A stretch of 63,233 nucleotides of DNA, filler included, from Bigelowiella natans CCMP2755 (lineage: Eukaryota > Protista > Cercozoa), in NCBI GenBank assembly GCA_000320545.1. It is 3 parts of 3 records of this genome, joined end to end, with 100 filler letters (N's around TTAATTAATTAA, not from the genome) between each part and the next. Parts side by side here need not be neighbours in the genome. Positions count along the whole stretch, not along the records: positions 1 to 31,961 come from ADNK01003120.1; 2 more parts are not named here. One strand, given 5' to 3'. Of the stretch, positions 14,718 to 29,719 are shown in pieces. The stretch's first letter is position 1. Every line of letters begins with the position of its first letter. The notes beneath the pieces were generated by a model. It did no database searches. It worked only from the letters and a program-made list of their open reading frames with translations, and was not told the DNA's origin. The position numbers and the translations under genes are program-made.

Positions 14718-16500
14718 CATATCGATATCTCGTCAGGATCCAAGGGGAGGCGGATGAGCGGGACACTCGAGCTATTTTCTCCATCGAGTACAAGGTATTG
14801 CTTTGCTGCTGCCATTGGTGGCGGGGTTTGGAATGATGTTTCTTAATTTTCCTCCCGGCCCCCCAGCCTGGGTGATAGTAAGATGATAGATGTCGACATG
14901 GCTTTACTTTCCCACATATTGTGTTCTAGTTTCTCAACCTCGTCGATTCCACCCCCCTCATCCCCCTTTTGTTAATTCTGACTTGCTGTTTCCGCGAAAG
15001 GGGAAGGAGGCGAAGCGAACAGCCGGTAATGATTCCACGAGATTAGCTCTACTCTTGTACTTGGGAGGAGAGAGTTTGGATTGATAGAGGGTTTGCCATG
15101 CTGCGTTACCAAATAAACGTACTGTACACATCCCTTTGTAGTCATTCTCCATTTGCAATTCAATGCTGCAGGTGTCGTTGCATTCGATTTCGCGCATCTC
15201 TTCAAACATAGAAAGGGCAGGCCTAAATCTACTACAACATCTGGTAGTATATCTCTTTGTCAGGAAAAAGAGAGAAGAACTCAGAAGTTGATATGCGACA
15301 TTGACGCTAAGTATTCGTGTTCTCTCACAACCCAGATTCCTCGAGCAAAGCGAAGAACGACCGACCCTCGCGTTCCAAGCAGTATAGGCGGCGCCGAAAC
15401 CAACGCGTAGATCATGTTGCGGTTGGAAGATTGATCAGTTTGTACGAGCAAATGTCACATGAGGCGACGGCGAAAACAGAAGAAGGGCTGGACAAGGTTC
15501 TTCCCATTGCCCCCCCCTCCGATGAGAAACCATCCCCCATCTCAACAAATCACCCGCTCACTTCGCTTGAAAGCGGAGATTTGGGTATGATGATGGGGTA
15601 GTGTCTCTTCGCTTTAGAAGGGGGCGCGATTTGGGAAGATTTCCATCAAATGAGAAAGAGTATGCTGCTGAGAAATCGCTCTTTGTTTCCCCATCAAAAT
15701 GATAATCAACTCCCCCGCCTCCTCCGTTTTGCAGTTAGAACCCATAAACTTCTGACACTAAATTTCCAACAGATGGTGGACGCCGCATCAAGTATCGTCT
15801 CCTCTTCGTCATCTTCATTGCAGCACGAAGAAGATCAAGTCATACGAGGAGAAAACCAGCAAGGTGCTGGTTTGATTTCTTTGGGTTGTATCTACGTTAT
15901 CATTATGTCATGTGTGGAACGATTCGGGATCTATTAGGCACGTGCACGCACGCACGCACGCACGCACGCATGCTTGAACAAAGTCATATGAATAAAATGA
16001 GTTAAATGCTCTGTAACGTAACGAATGATAGGGGATCAAGAGGAAGAGAACACCGAGTATTTCTGGCTAAGCGCTGGTGTGTCCCCCTTCTTTATTTGAC
16101 TGATATTAGGAAGCAATCGAGAAATGTTGTTTTCCATGATTGCTATGCATTCATTCATTATTTTTCTCCCTCTGCTTTCAGGGACAAGATCCCCAGTGTT
16201 CCTCCAAATAGGACTTCAAATCCAGCACGTATGTCATCATTTTCGGCGCATTTACTATTCTAATTTTTTTCGAGAAATGCACGTGATAAAGATTATCGTT
16301 CTTTTCTCTCGGCATTAGTAGCCATGTATTAGTACGCACTTTGTTTTGTATTTGCTTTTCCTTCCCTTCAATTGGGCACGACTGCGCTTCTTGCTCTCCC
16401 CTGCTGTCTAGAATCGGGATCGCCATTCACACAAGAAGAAGAGCATGGCGGTGCCAAGGTTTCCCAAGCTGTGAGATGTGTGCAATATGCTGAAAACGCA

Positions 16501-16550
<50 letters not shown>

Positions 16551-16553
16551 CTT

Positions 16554-16594
<41 letters not shown>

Positions 16595-16758
16595 CACACA
16601 ATCATCTACATAGGCCATGGAGGTCGATGTCTTCGTCACTGCCCTCGCTCACCTCCCTTGGCTACGCATCGAGCATAACACAAACTCCATTTAGATGCTT
16701 CCCCTTTCCTGTTTTACGTGATTTTCAGGTGGATAACAAAATTAGGCATGCAATTTGC

Positions 16759-16801
<43 letters not shown>

Positions 16802-18619
16802 ACACACACACACACACAAATGCGCACACATACACACATTCACAATGCTTGTAAAATTTTCGCTGACAACCCTCCAAACACAACACAATCTTAGCCGGTG
16901 CTCTTCAACGTATCTCTCACTTCGGCCTCTTGCAATGTACATGCGTACATGTTAAGTGTATTAGAATGGATAGTTTTAGCTGTACATCTATGATAAGAAT
17001 TCAAGCTATACATAATAGTTAAGTTGCTCAACACGTCATTGAATGTGATCAGCTGATATACATTTCTGCCGTAGCTTTTCCACATAATTTTTCCTAATAC
17101 AATGTCACCTCTTCTTTTTCTTAGGAGTTAGCTCGTGTTTTCTTCTCCTACGGAGGAGTTGAAGGAGGCATACGCGACATGCATGGTATTTCTGTCTATC
17201 GCCCTCCCCCGCCCCTCCTCTCTGTATGGACATGTGTTTATATAAATACGATCCGCATCTGGTAGGTATAGCACGTGTGAAGCACGATGTTGTTTGCACC
17301 GGCCGGAAAACATTCCTGCCGAACATCTTCTTCACCTTGTTACTTGTTCTCGATGCATTGCATTGCATTGCAATCGCACTTTAGTGACGTAAGCCTCGTT
17401 TCTCATGTTGTGCGTATCATCAAAATATAGGCGCAGCGCCCCCGAAAGCAGGGAAGAAGGCGAAGAAGGGTAATAAGAAGAAGAGGCAGCCTGTACACAC
17501 ATACTCATACTCGTCCAAAGCCCAATCTGCGTTTCCTTCGGCCTCTTCCTCCTCCTCAGTAGCCCACGGTTCGATCACGTTTAGATGTGTGATAGGCGGG
17601 GGGGGGGGGTTGCCATTAGAGTCTATAGATATGATGACGATGCTGTTGGCATTGCGCGAAGGAAGGCACCCAGCTGGTCGCATAATCGATGTTTATACTC
17701 ACTATAAATAGCCGCCGGCAGCTACTCCTCGTTGGGATCGCTTCAATCCATGCAGTCTGCCCAGTCCGATCCACATCCGAGTTTGCAATCAAAGGTTGCT
17801 GCGATTTGCACACTTAGCAGCGGGTGCAAGCGGAGGGGGTTAGAAGAGTTGATGTAGGAATTTCTTTCCGGTTATGTGATTGAAATATAAAAGCTAATAT
17901 GCGTGTGTATGGCTGTTTTTGCGTGAGTAAGCAAGGATACGCATATATCGTGCCAGTATTAACATGATATGCGTCTTGTTTGTGCGTACTAGGAGCGTCG
18001 TTTTCCGGGTTCCCCCCATGACCGCTGTGGCCAGTATTATCACGACGTGGAGGGTGGGGGGGAACAGATATTGTTTGCTCCTGCAAACATCAGAGGTCTC
18101 CTTGCAAGATGGGTGCGTCACAGACAATCACACTGTCAATATGAGAGTTGTATAGGAAAATGACATTGTAGTGCAATTCGAGGATATGGATAAAAGGAGA
18201 GGCAGTGTTGTAGACCTAACACAATATACATGCTGTGTTGAAATTCGCAACATTAATTGAAACCTTTATTAATGCTCAGGTTCATGAAACGTCAGCCTCC
18301 TCATCATCGTCATTATCACCAACTTCAACAGCCTCTAGGCCCCAATCGGCTGAAGGCAACCACAGCAGCGACAAAGCAATGTATAAAATAAGCCGACAAT
18401 GACCAAAGTTACACATCTAAGATTAAATTCAGTCCAATATTCTAGAGTTGGCAAATCACATCGATTGCGTTTTTATTACTTAGAACGCAAAACACCACAG
18501 AGTAATACACTCTCCCCCCCCCCCATTATCTAAGTTATCGGACTTGTTAAAAACAGGCATACGTGTTCAGTCGAGCTTCGTTTGCCGAAAGTGGCGACTC
18601 CAGATGGTAGACCTGTTCG

Positions 18620-18665
<46 letters not shown>

Positions 18666-19341
18666 AAAAACGTAGTTACTTGCTGTGTTAGAATTCCACA
18701 GAACACCAGGCAGCCTACAGTCGGTCAGAATGATGTGAAAATACCGATTCTCAGTTTGTCCAACTACCCCCGCATGACCTATGATCTAAGAGAAAACATT
18801 CAATTAATTGGGGAAACAGGTGCATACTTGTTCATCGAGGCTGCCACTGAGGGGCCCACCCACTCGATCTCGGCCACTTCGTCGTCGTCACCAGCTCCAT
18901 GCCTCCCAACCCACTGTGTGGTGGCGTCGGAGGGGAAACATCTCCTTGCCAGCTTTCCTCTCAGATGGCGGCGTGCGCCGGCCGACAACGACAGAGACAA
19001 TGATGGCCTCGATGAGCACGGTGAGAATCCAAAACAGTTTGTCTCGAACGAACATCGTCGCCGCCGTTATCGCCGGCAGCCTGGCAGGAGATCTCAGAGG
19101 CAGGATACAGGAGAGCAGCGACGAAGATTGTACTGTTTGGAGAAAGTCCCTGGTCCTTTGCCAGAGACGTTAGGAGTCTCTCTCATCGTCGTGGGGAATG
19201 GGAAGCAGCACAATCAGATGAGAATACGCGGAAGAGGTGCCTATAATGCTTTGGCGCTGCTTTTGTATTGCAATTTATTGAACAAACAGACGCGCGCGCG
19301 CGCACATACACACATACACACACATAAGAGAGAGAGAGAAA

Positions 19342-19384
<43 letters not shown>

Positions 19385-22300
19385 TATATTACAAACGTGT
19401 GTACGTGATATGTGGTGCGATGAAGTTTACCGTGAATATTGATTCACATTTACAACAAGTTTCTCCCCCCCCTCTCCGAAACACATCCTCATCGCAGCTC
19501 CAAGAAAACCACACAGCTTTTCTGCGGCTGACACCCGTGAAGGCGTCCGTGTGAGAATTAAGGTAGTTCTAAAATTTGCTCCCGAATCCACACACAATTT
19601 AATTGGGGAAAAACGGGAAAACATGCTCACCACTAACAAAACGTCTAAAACCAAATATTCCAAGAGATGTTGGATATCATATCGTATTATGATGGCAACT
19701 CAGCTACTTTACCACACCTAATTCTCCCCCCGCCCCCCTCTCCTCTCCCTCCCCCCTTTCAAACAACAACAAGCGCCTGGGACTGGTACAACTTGTCTCT
19801 GTCGCCGAAACTACTACTAGTGCAACGTCTTCAACTCCTTCTTTTACGAAAGCATCTATAAAGGCTGAGGCCGACAAACCCGCCGCCACAGCCGATATGG
19901 AAACAGCTCTTAGCGCTTCTCCTTCAGTGCGTAAGTTTCTAGATCAACCGAGCAACCATATCTCCATCAGCCCCCTCAAAATCAGCAAGGAGCACATGGC
20001 CACAACGACGAACCAAGATCCAGGTTTTCCATCCTCAGCATCGTCTCCTGCTGTGTTTCCGCTTGATGTTGATGATGCGGGAGGAGGCGCGAAGAGGAGA
20101 GGGCGACAGATACCGGCCACGAAGTCCGTTCTCAAGCAGCGTCATGGTGATTTATCTCCTACTTCTTCTGGAAGTCGCCGTCGAAAGAGCTCGGCCACAA
20201 TTCAGTCAAACGGTTTCCGGTTCACTGATGACCCCTCCACTCCGGCTACAAAGGTGGCCCACATTTAAAAATATTGTACCTGTGCTCGTGTTCGTGTGTG
20301 TGTGTGTGTGTGTGTGCTCGTGTGTGCTCGTGTGTGCTTCCGAAGCATATATACCATTCCACAGTCAAGTCATAGATTGCTAAGAGTAGGCAACAAGAAG
20401 CAAGTGCCATAGGTGTCCCATCTTCATGGTGGCCTCACTTTGCTTACTGTATTCGTAGACTTTTTCATCGGATCCTTCGACGCAGCAGAGCAGCACGGCT
20501 ACAATAGATACGGTAACGCCTAACTAACCGATTTATGCGGATATAATGCCTTTTACATAGAGCGGCGGAACTTAATTTTACCCACCGGGTGGCGCTGTGA
20601 ACGAACATGCCTAAACTTCATTCTTTTGAGTAACTTTGCAACTTTTGCCAGATCTTCACTGGATCTATTCAGCTCAGGGACGACGTGAAGTACAAGGTGG
20701 GGAGGCGGGAGGTCACGAAGTCTCTTCTTGTTACTCATGATAATACTAGAGTATACCTCATTTATGCGTGCTTGAAAGGATGGGGAAGGGATATGTGTTT
20801 TCTCAGAATGACGCTGTTAACAATCCATTTGTCCCCCTCACCCCCCCCCCTTTCTCCCGTTCTATGCTATATTCTGTCTATATGCTCCTTTTCATGATAA
20901 CCTAGCTGGAGGAAAGCGATCAAACAAAAGGTAAAGTGCAAACACGGGGAACACATAGATTCTACGAATCACACATCGAGTGAGAAAATACACTGAGGGT
21001 TGTCTTTAAAGAAAGTCGCCAATTCTGTCACCCAACGTCATGTGTTGGCATCTGAATTGCATATTGTCTATATACTGATAGACGAGTCAACAATAAGCAA
21101 CACTCTAAAGCGCCTGAGCAGGGAGCTCAGTGAAATGGTAGGTTGTCGTTATTTGCCATCGTTGCATCGGTCTTTTTCGGCGGCCTTGTTATATTCTTGT
21201 TGGCGACGAAGTGAGACAAAGGGGACATTTGCATTTGCAGGCAGAAGAGCAGTCCCCGCGGACGCCAACCTCTACTCAAGAATCACACGCTTCAGAGATG
21301 AGAGGTCAGCACTAGCACAAACAACTAGGACAAACATCATAGATAAGTTTCATCGACTCTTCACTTACGTTGATCGTGCTCTTACCCTTTAGTGAAGTCT
21401 TTGGAGCAGAATCCGCTTGATTCTATGCCGACTATCGGCGCAATTGAGGCCAACTACGATACCGAAGAGTTTTACCCTTCATCAGTCGGTGAGAGAGTTA
21501 ACGACTCCAATGACAAATGATTTTGAAACTGCCTTCCACGTGCGTGCATGGGTTCGCGCGAATTGCTTCTTTGCCGCCATCTCAGCTCGTCGCCTGACAG
21601 GTATTTTGCGAACATTACTTCCCAACCCCAAAAAAAAGGTGTGGCGTCTCCGAGATCGCTGGCGTCGCGCACAGGCGTCTTCTCCTCTTTCTTGCCGGGT
21701 TCGGCCGCTGCACTTCCCTCCTCCATAGATGCCACAAGCAGCACTGGATTGCGGAACAGCCGAGCTAAGACTCGCCCGGGCAGCACCCACCACATGTTGC
21801 CTGTCCCAGAGCTAGGGGCCGGTTCCGCAGAAGAGAAAGCGCCAGCCTTGGGAGCCGAACAGAAGATTTCGAAAGATGCTGATGCTAGGGTGGAGAATAA
21901 CCATCCGCGCTTGGTCCCCACTTCTCTTGTATCGAATGCGGGGGATGGTGGTTCTAGTGAGAAGACTCGTCAGGGTAGCAGCAGTCGCAGCCCGGATAGC
22001 AAATGGGACGATGGCAGTTGTTCCCACAGCGAAGGGGACAGGGGGTCCGCAGCCAATGAAAAGAAGACGACGATTAAAATGCACGAAAGCGGTGTTCAGA
22101 ACCTCGATAACGTCGTCACTGTAGATGCGAACGACATCAAGGTGCGTGATTTTGGCCATCACCAGCAGCAGCATCATCATCATCGTCATCGACATCCTCG
22201 TAATCGTGATCATCAAACACATCCACAATACGACTATTCTTTAGGTGTTGAAAAGCACAAAGCTTCGCAACCGGGTTGAAGACTATTGCATTTATCCTTT

Positions 22301-23619
22301 TGCTAGCTTTCTCTTTCTGAATCCGCTTGCACACACGCACGCACGCACACATATACACACACACACAAACACACACACCAGCACGCACGTACGACACATA
22401 TAGGTATTAAAAATACAAAAACCTTAAAAAAGTCTATTTATTGTTACAAAGTCATGATTTTATTCTGTCAGCGGCGGGAGAGCAACTATTCCGACGTCGC
22501 CGTGGCCTATAATTCGTCTTCCGAGCACTCCATCACTCCGGCGGGAGAAGGGGGGGAGCAAAAACACGGCGACTCGGTCACAACCAACGCGAATTCTATT
22601 AAGACCGTCACTCTGCCAAGTTTTGAAAGGAAAAATCCTCATGGTGAGTTACTGCTCAACCGTCGGTTAAGTCCGTCCTTTCTTTTCCTTTGCTTTTCCC
22701 CTTTCGCTCGCGGCCGAAACATAACGTAAGCACTGCAACATGCTCTGCCATAGTCAGTAGGGGTCTTCTTCCTCCTGCCCCCTTTCCCCCCCCCCCCCCC
22801 CCCCTCTTCACAGTGCTATAATTTCTGTTCTGCTCCCCGTCCACTTTCATCTTCAGGCAGGAGAACATCGGCTCCAGGCACCAAAACAGCTTTGGGGGGG
22901 CGGGAGAGCAAGCATGCTAAGGCCGAAAGGCTTGGAATAGAAGGCAAACGAGCAGAAGCGGCAGCAACAGATGGGAACGCGCTGAACACTACTGAAGTAA
23001 GTCACTTTGATTATGAAACTTTATCATTTCACATTACCTTGTAAGTCTCTCTCCTTCTCTTCCTGTATCTTCGTCTCTCGATTCTTTTTTTAAAAAAAAA
23101 TCTGAATTCCTTGTGTACACGCCGAAATTTTTTGCGATCCAACTCCTCCCCACTTTTTGCTTTTTCCCTAACGCAATAACCTAGGTGGGCAGGGGGCAAG
23201 AGAGGAAGCTTGGCGGAGATACAACGGTACAATGAAACTAGAGAAGAAAAGATTTTTATGTAACTCAAATCGAGAGAACAACAAATATCTCCCACATCAC
23301 ACATTCGTAGCTCACTTTTTTTGCTCTTTTCGCTATGCCCCCCCCCCCCCTTTTCCTTGCTCTGAAAGGTGAACGAAATACAGCGTATTAAGTTGCGAAT
23401 CAATCTTCACAAATCTACGCCGAAACTGGTAGGGATTAATGTCATGAGATGACCTCTATTATGTATCTTAAATACAAACCTTGTCACATCATTAGGGCGC
23501 TCTTCTTTGCGAGGATCTTGCTCGTGCTCTTGGTAATCGTAGAAAATATAACATGTAGAGTCCCTCTCCACCTATGACCCATCCCTCCTTTCCACCGTCT
23601 TCACTGCGTCCTCTCTCTT

Positions 23620-23673
<54 letters not shown>

Positions 23674-23695
23674 CTTTCCAACACACACGCAGAGA

Positions 23696-23739
<44 letters not shown>

Positions 23740-24101
23740 TTGAGACGCAGTGAAAGGGAAAACGACCAAATAATGGATTCTTACTTTTGCAGGCATCGAA
23801 AAGTGGCGAATAAGGATTTCTGATTTTGCGTAAGTCCATTGCATGATTTGCTTTTGAAGCGCATCTTGCACACGTACGTACGCGCATGCGAGCGCATTCA
23901 TCCTTGAGAATCCTCAGCTTGTCTTGTTTAGGGACTGGAAAAGACGCTATCAGTAGTAGAACAATATGCACAAATATCCACTGCTTTTTGCCTTATAAAT
24001 TTGAGGGATTACGAGAGCGCAGTCTTACTGTTAATTGTGATGTAGCTCGGCCAGCGCTAATAAGGAAGGTCTCATCCGTCTCTCAAGTACAGGTTGTGTG
24101 T
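14718..24101 (+). CDS. Series of exons encoding a mostly disordered Ser/Arg-rich region; probably the N-terminal part of the pseudokinase gene, possibly more than one gene
   Basis: Exon-like ORFs at 15317-15601, 19897-20268, 21548-22279 and 22454-22729, plus short GT-AG exons such as VNEIQRIKLRINLHKSTPKL|GALLCEDLARALG|IEKWRIRISDF at about 23370-23830. No family recognised. Confidence 0.4.
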
Positions 24102-24175
24102 GTGTGTGTGTGTGCACGTGTGCTCATGTGTGCTACACATGGATTTATCAAAATAATGAATCCATTTACCCTTAG

Positions 24176-24421
24176 GCAGATTTGGGATCTCTACGAGGCA
24201 GGCAGGTGCTCGAGGGTTTCTTCTTGGGGCGGGGTAGACATGATCCTGTAGGTGGAAAAGAGGGGGTGGGGGGGGAGGGGGGCATAGGCCGAAGGCCAAT
24301 GCAACCCTAGAGAAGTGACCTCATCTCGATTTCATACCGTCCTAAACTGTCAATCCCAGCAACGATGCTAACACAAACATCATCATGAATTATGTAATAA
24401 TATCTGATTCTATGTATGTGT

Positions 24422-24459
<38 letters not shown>

Positions 24460-24619
24460 TTAAGGTTTCATACGTTGGGTCTCCTCAACGACGCATGCAA
24501 ATCAGGCTGCTACCCACACAAAGCAAGGTGTTGATTTGGTTATGTATTGGCGATGATGCTGTAAATCAGTGCACGTATTTGTTTTGACTGCATTTCAAAT
24601 CTCAACAATTTCTATAAAA

Positions 24620-24675
<56 letters not shown>

Positions 24676-24880
24676 GAGAGAGCGAGCTTATAGTTTTTGC
24701 ACACGGAAGATCTTACACGTTAATATATATATATATATATATATATATTATGTACATTCTATTTTTGTGTTCTATACGTGCTTTGCGATCTAAGGCGACC
24801 TGGGGAAGAGAGATGGGTCTGCGTGCGTGTATACAGGCGTAACGTGCTACATCAAGTCTTGGTAGTATACGTCGTCAAAG

Positions 24881-24951
<71 letters not shown>

Positions 24952-27766
24952 AGAGAGAGAGAGTTGTTGTTGTCGTATTGCTGGTAGCCTATTAACGTTA
25001 TTTTCGATGAACCCCATGCAATACTGATAGGAACATCGCCTGCAGCGCGAGTGTGAGCTCCATCTCGGTAAGACGTGGGCACAATTGCGCGAGAGACGAC
25101 GAAACCTGAAAACAGTTGCACTGCTATTCTGATATGGGTAATCTCCGCCTTCCTCCTTGATGATCTTGCTTTGTGTATGCGGCGTGATGCTATCAGGGAA
25201 GCACGGGGGAGCACGTCTACAGCCTCACCTGTTGATCCTGAAGCTCATATCTCGCGTAAGAAGCTGTGGTGGCGAATTGGAATGCGAAATAGCACGTGGC
25301 CCCTCTCCCGTTGTGTGTTGTTGTTGTTATCATTACTGTTGATTGGAGGCTGCTTGCTATTAAATACTCCAGGTGGATTTAAAAGGATGCATTTTCATGA
25401 CATCGCCGCTGATGCACATAAAGACGCTCCAGCATCGAATCTTGGCAGCAGACGGGAAACCGATGGTAGTTCCCCACCATACATCTATGTTTCAACAAAA
25501 GCAATATCATCAATGTCTTTGATGGCATCAGGGTGAAGCATTTGCGATCTGTATCGCAATACAGCTGTCTATGGCCTTGGATCATGTGCATAAGTAAGGC
25601 GCAGTAGACAAGGGGATAGTGCGACATATCTTTGACCCATTTCTCACAGCTTTTCTTATGCACTATATTGTGCTCTCATTCCTCCTTTGTGTTCCTGCGG
25701 CGTGGGTAGCGATGAGAGGCCTATCCATTTTTGTTAAGCATACGTGCATAAGGGGTCAATTGGCATCGTATTTGCTCCATGCATTTGTTGTAGCGGACAA
25801 GAACATCTACCCACAAATTAGGCACGGTGTAGCTCATGGGGAAATCGCAGCTAGGCACGTACTCTTCACAGGAGCGGTAACCCAACTGTGTAAAAGGGTG
25901 GGGGGGAGGGGGGTGGGGGGGGAGGGACACTAGATCTCGACCGTAATTTTTCTACTTTTTTGCTCTCTCAGGAAAATTTCTCTTTTATCAAGCTGACTGG
26001 ATTCGGAACGTCAGGCAAGGTTTGTCCACGCGCGCGCGCGTGTGTGTGTGTGTGTGTGCATGTTTGTGCGTGGCCGTTCCACAGACACATTTGAAAACGT
26101 GCGGATTGATATATTGTAGAGGTAGAGGTCATGAGTATGTTCTTTTCCTTCAATTAGGGAGTCGACAAATCACGCAACCAAGGCAAGAATAGTGATACAG
26201 GGGGGGGGCTTTCGAGTTTACAAATGGTACTTCTGAACGCTCATGTAGAATTAGAGGAACTGTGATGAAAGGGAGGAGTGGGGGGGGGGGGGGGGGGGAG
26301 AGAAGTATAATCGGAGTACACAACTACGAGTAAACAGGCATAGTTAATAAATCCTCAATTCCTCAGGGCGATATCCACTCCATGGGTGTGCTTCTGTATC
26401 AAATGCTCACAGGAGACCTTCCGACGGTTCAGGTAGCATTTTCTCTGAAAACACTGAGAGTGGGAAAAGAACAATTGCTTTGCTTAGCACAATGAGCGTG
26501 CAGATACCTAAAAAAAACAATAATATCATATGCTATATACTTATTGTGATTGAAGAGACGCAATCATAGAGCCAGGGTCTTTCTAATTAGTTGGAAAATT
26601 TTCCTTTTTGACAGTAAATCGCAGCTATTTTCCCGACCACTTTATCAAATGTTGTCAGTGAGAGTAGGGCTTCTGAGTCTTAGACAACATCCACTGATTG
26701 ATTGTTATTTTTTGAAACAAGTATGGATCAATAAGGGAGTGGGAGAGGATGAAATCGGTCACAGTCGTGCTTTTTACTGATAAAACATAATACGAATAAC
26801 AATATCAGAGTCCAGGATCTAGCAGTAGCAATTATATCTCATGGGGCGGTGAGGCCACGGTTCGTAATTGTGTAGATCTTCGTTAGCACGTATGAAAGGG
26901 GGAGGGGGGTGGGGCAACAATCTGCATTTGGACGCCCGTTGATAATATAGAATGCTACCACTATTCCATGCACGTTCAAGTTAAATTTGATCTGCCGCCG
27001 CAACCGAAAAATTTTTAAATCCTTCTTGCGTCTCTTCCCCCGAAGGTAAGCGAGATCGGAAAGGATTGCGTCGGCAACATGATGGAATCGAAAGCAGGTG
27101 GTGATGAAGCTCTCTCTCTTTATGGAATTATGCATGTTTTCTCCTGAAAAAGGCAGCAACTCAACAAATCATATTCCTCCAGATTTCCGGTCGAATGCAA
27201 GGAGCATTCTCTCCTCCCCCTGGTTACACACCTCCGCTGAGCAAATCCAAAAGGTAAGGGGGGGGGGGGATTCTGAAGTGGGAAGAATTGAACACAGCAG
27301 TGGTCAAATCGCTGGTAGTAGATCTAACCTCATACTTTTTGCTTTTCTGCCCTTTGGCGGCCTTCTGATTGTAATTTTCAGCTGATACAAATGAAGGCTT
27401 CCGGAGATTTCGAGCCATCAGGTAGTTATCAGCCGAATTTAGAATGTTGTCGTTGATGATTTCGTGATATTTGTTAGCATGCCTCTGATGGCACTGCTAC
27501 CTTTCCTCGTTAAATGATTTGTGGTTAGGATTGATCACAACTTCGACCTGGACAGTGGTGCAGAAGTTCCTCCGTTCGTCAGTCATAGAGAGGTGCTGAT
27601 ATCTTAAGCTAGTCCAAGATACTAGACGGCTCACATCGACATTTTGATGCCACTTAACATAACTCTTACTTCCATTTACTTAGGCTGAAGCCGGAGCTTG
27701 AGTCCGAACTTTGCGTTTCGATTCCAAAGGTTACACACGACTATATAGAGCTCAGCAACCCATTTA

Positions 27767-27797
<31 letters not shown>

Positions 27798-28027
27798 GTT
27801 TTCTTGTTTGCTCTCTTGCTATCTCACTCACACTTGTTCTTCCTTTCCCAAACAATTCGCAGTGTATTCGAACTGTAATCGAATGTCGCCCTTTCTTCGT
27901 CCCTATCCGTGTCGAAGACTCAAAAACAGTGCTGGGTCGAAAGAATAAGAGGCAGCAGCGAAGCGCCCCCTCCATGTCCACTGGCCACCACTCGTCCAAG
28001 CAATCCTCTCCTGTTCATGTTAGGTGA
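24176..28027 (+). CDS. Protein pseudokinase domain and C-terminal tail, split over many micro-exons
   Basis: Phase-consistent exons 24465-24527, 24795-24861, 25031-25067, 25197-25255, 25373-25465, 25532-25593, 25822-25876, 25972-26019, 26158-26226 and 26367-26432 give FHTLGLLNDACKSGCYPHKARRPGEERWVCVRVYRRNVLHQVLEHRLQRECELHLGKHGGARLQPHLLILKLISRVDLKGCIFMTSPLMHIKTLQHRILAADGKPMGEAFAICIAIQLSMALDHVHKHGVAHGEIAARHVLFTGAENFSFIKLTGFGTSGK...GDIHSMGVLLYQMLTGDLP. A subdomain XI-like exon at 27183-27253 gives DFRSNARSILSSPWL. The 3' end is approximate. Confidence 0.85.
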
Positions 28028-29076
28028 AATGAGTGAGCAGAGAACTAATTCGTAGCGTTTGAACGGCAACAAGTGATGTACATCTAAAAGATTGCTTCTG
28101 ACGTTGTTTGCGTTTTGAGACACACAACTGTTGCCGTCTGCGCACAATGCCTTGTTCATATATATGAAGGCGCGGTGATGAAACGTGGCACTGTATTGCG
28201 TGCTGTAGCGAGCTAGCAAGGTCGCTGCAGATTACAATTAAGTTTGAGCATAAAAACATGCAAACACATATAAATCTCCATACTTCTAAATTGTTTAGAT
28301 CATTACGCTTGCATGCATGTTCTTGATGATATAAGGATGATATGACACATGTCATTACGCTCGTTCAATACAACGATGCCGCTACTAGATCGATTCAACT
28401 GAGAATGGAGCGCCACCGCAATGCCATGCACGCAAAGTTTGAAGTATGTAACCATGGGGGGGAACCGCGAAACATCAATGACACACAGAGCTTGTGTGTG
28501 CATGTCTGCTATATGTAAATGCTTTGTTCATTTGAAAAAATGGCTGGAAACTTTTCACGCATGATTTACATCCCCATGCTCTCCACCAAAGCATCGAGCA
28601 GACCACGGCGAAGGGACGTCCTTCGAAGTTTTGGTGCATTCCTGATTCAAAAAATAACGAGATGTCAGTGTCAGGAAAATGTCCAGATGGTGCCGCCGCA
28701 TCATTATTGAGGTGCACGCACCGCGCGTGGCCCTGGGACAAGATCGTCATAGTAGTGCTTGTAAATGTGCCGTTCGGAGAAACACTCACTGATATGAATA
28801 ACACCTCTGAGTGATGATGGTGCCCAAAAAATTCTAAGTTGGGAGTTGAAACCCGCATTCTGGCTTGGATGAATTGACAGGAAACTTCTCGTAGCAGCGC
28901 CGACAGGATGAAGGCTCCTTAGTATGGCAGAATAATGGCAATCATCATACAATAGGCCAAGCAAACTGTAAATCGACCTACAATTGGTCACGGTAGGAGG
29001 GCATGAATTTATCTCGAAGGCATACCAGCATATCTTAGGCTTGTCGTTGAAACCACAGACCCTTAACCCCCCACCC

Positions 29077-29137
<61 letters not shown>

Positions 29138-29719
29138 CATATGTATTTAGTATTAATATGGGTGAACCAAGGAAGTAAAATATGGATTTCGACATTGTTG
29201 TTACCTCTCCACTGCTAAACACGCAGAGCATGGCTCCTGAGAATAAACGTGTATAAAACTTTTGGAATGGTGTGGGATCGCTTCACGGCCAAAAATTGGA
29301 TTGACCAGTTATTCAAAGCACATACCCAAAAAAGTAGTATTGGATAGAATACCTGAAGTCTGTTGTTGGGGGCAAACCGATTCGACGAAAACTGGATCAT
29401 AAGGATCCTGTTCAATACAACATTTCCCAATGCTTTTCAACGCGATGTCCATTCTGCAACATGTCGGTGGGAATGCTTTCAATAAAGCTTCGCTGTCTTG
29501 CATCCGTCCGTGTTTTGATTCGTGCCCCCCCCCCCTCCCCCAAACCTTACCGCGAGGACGGCAAACTTGGAATGATCGAGAGATACTGCTGGGCCTAGCA
29601 CTGGGAATTGAGGAAAAACCAAAAAGTGGGGAAAAGACGAGATTATTCTATGCTGCGGGGGAGAAAATGATCGGTCTCTAGCCGTTGAAACCATTTCCAT
29701 GTTCATCGGCTCATTTTCT

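Noticed and set aside
25075-25536. ORF with an apparent TM or signal segment (CVLLLLSLLLIGG)
   Set aside because: The hydrophobic stretch is intronic (GTT)n. The real exons use other frames and encode the pseudokinase.
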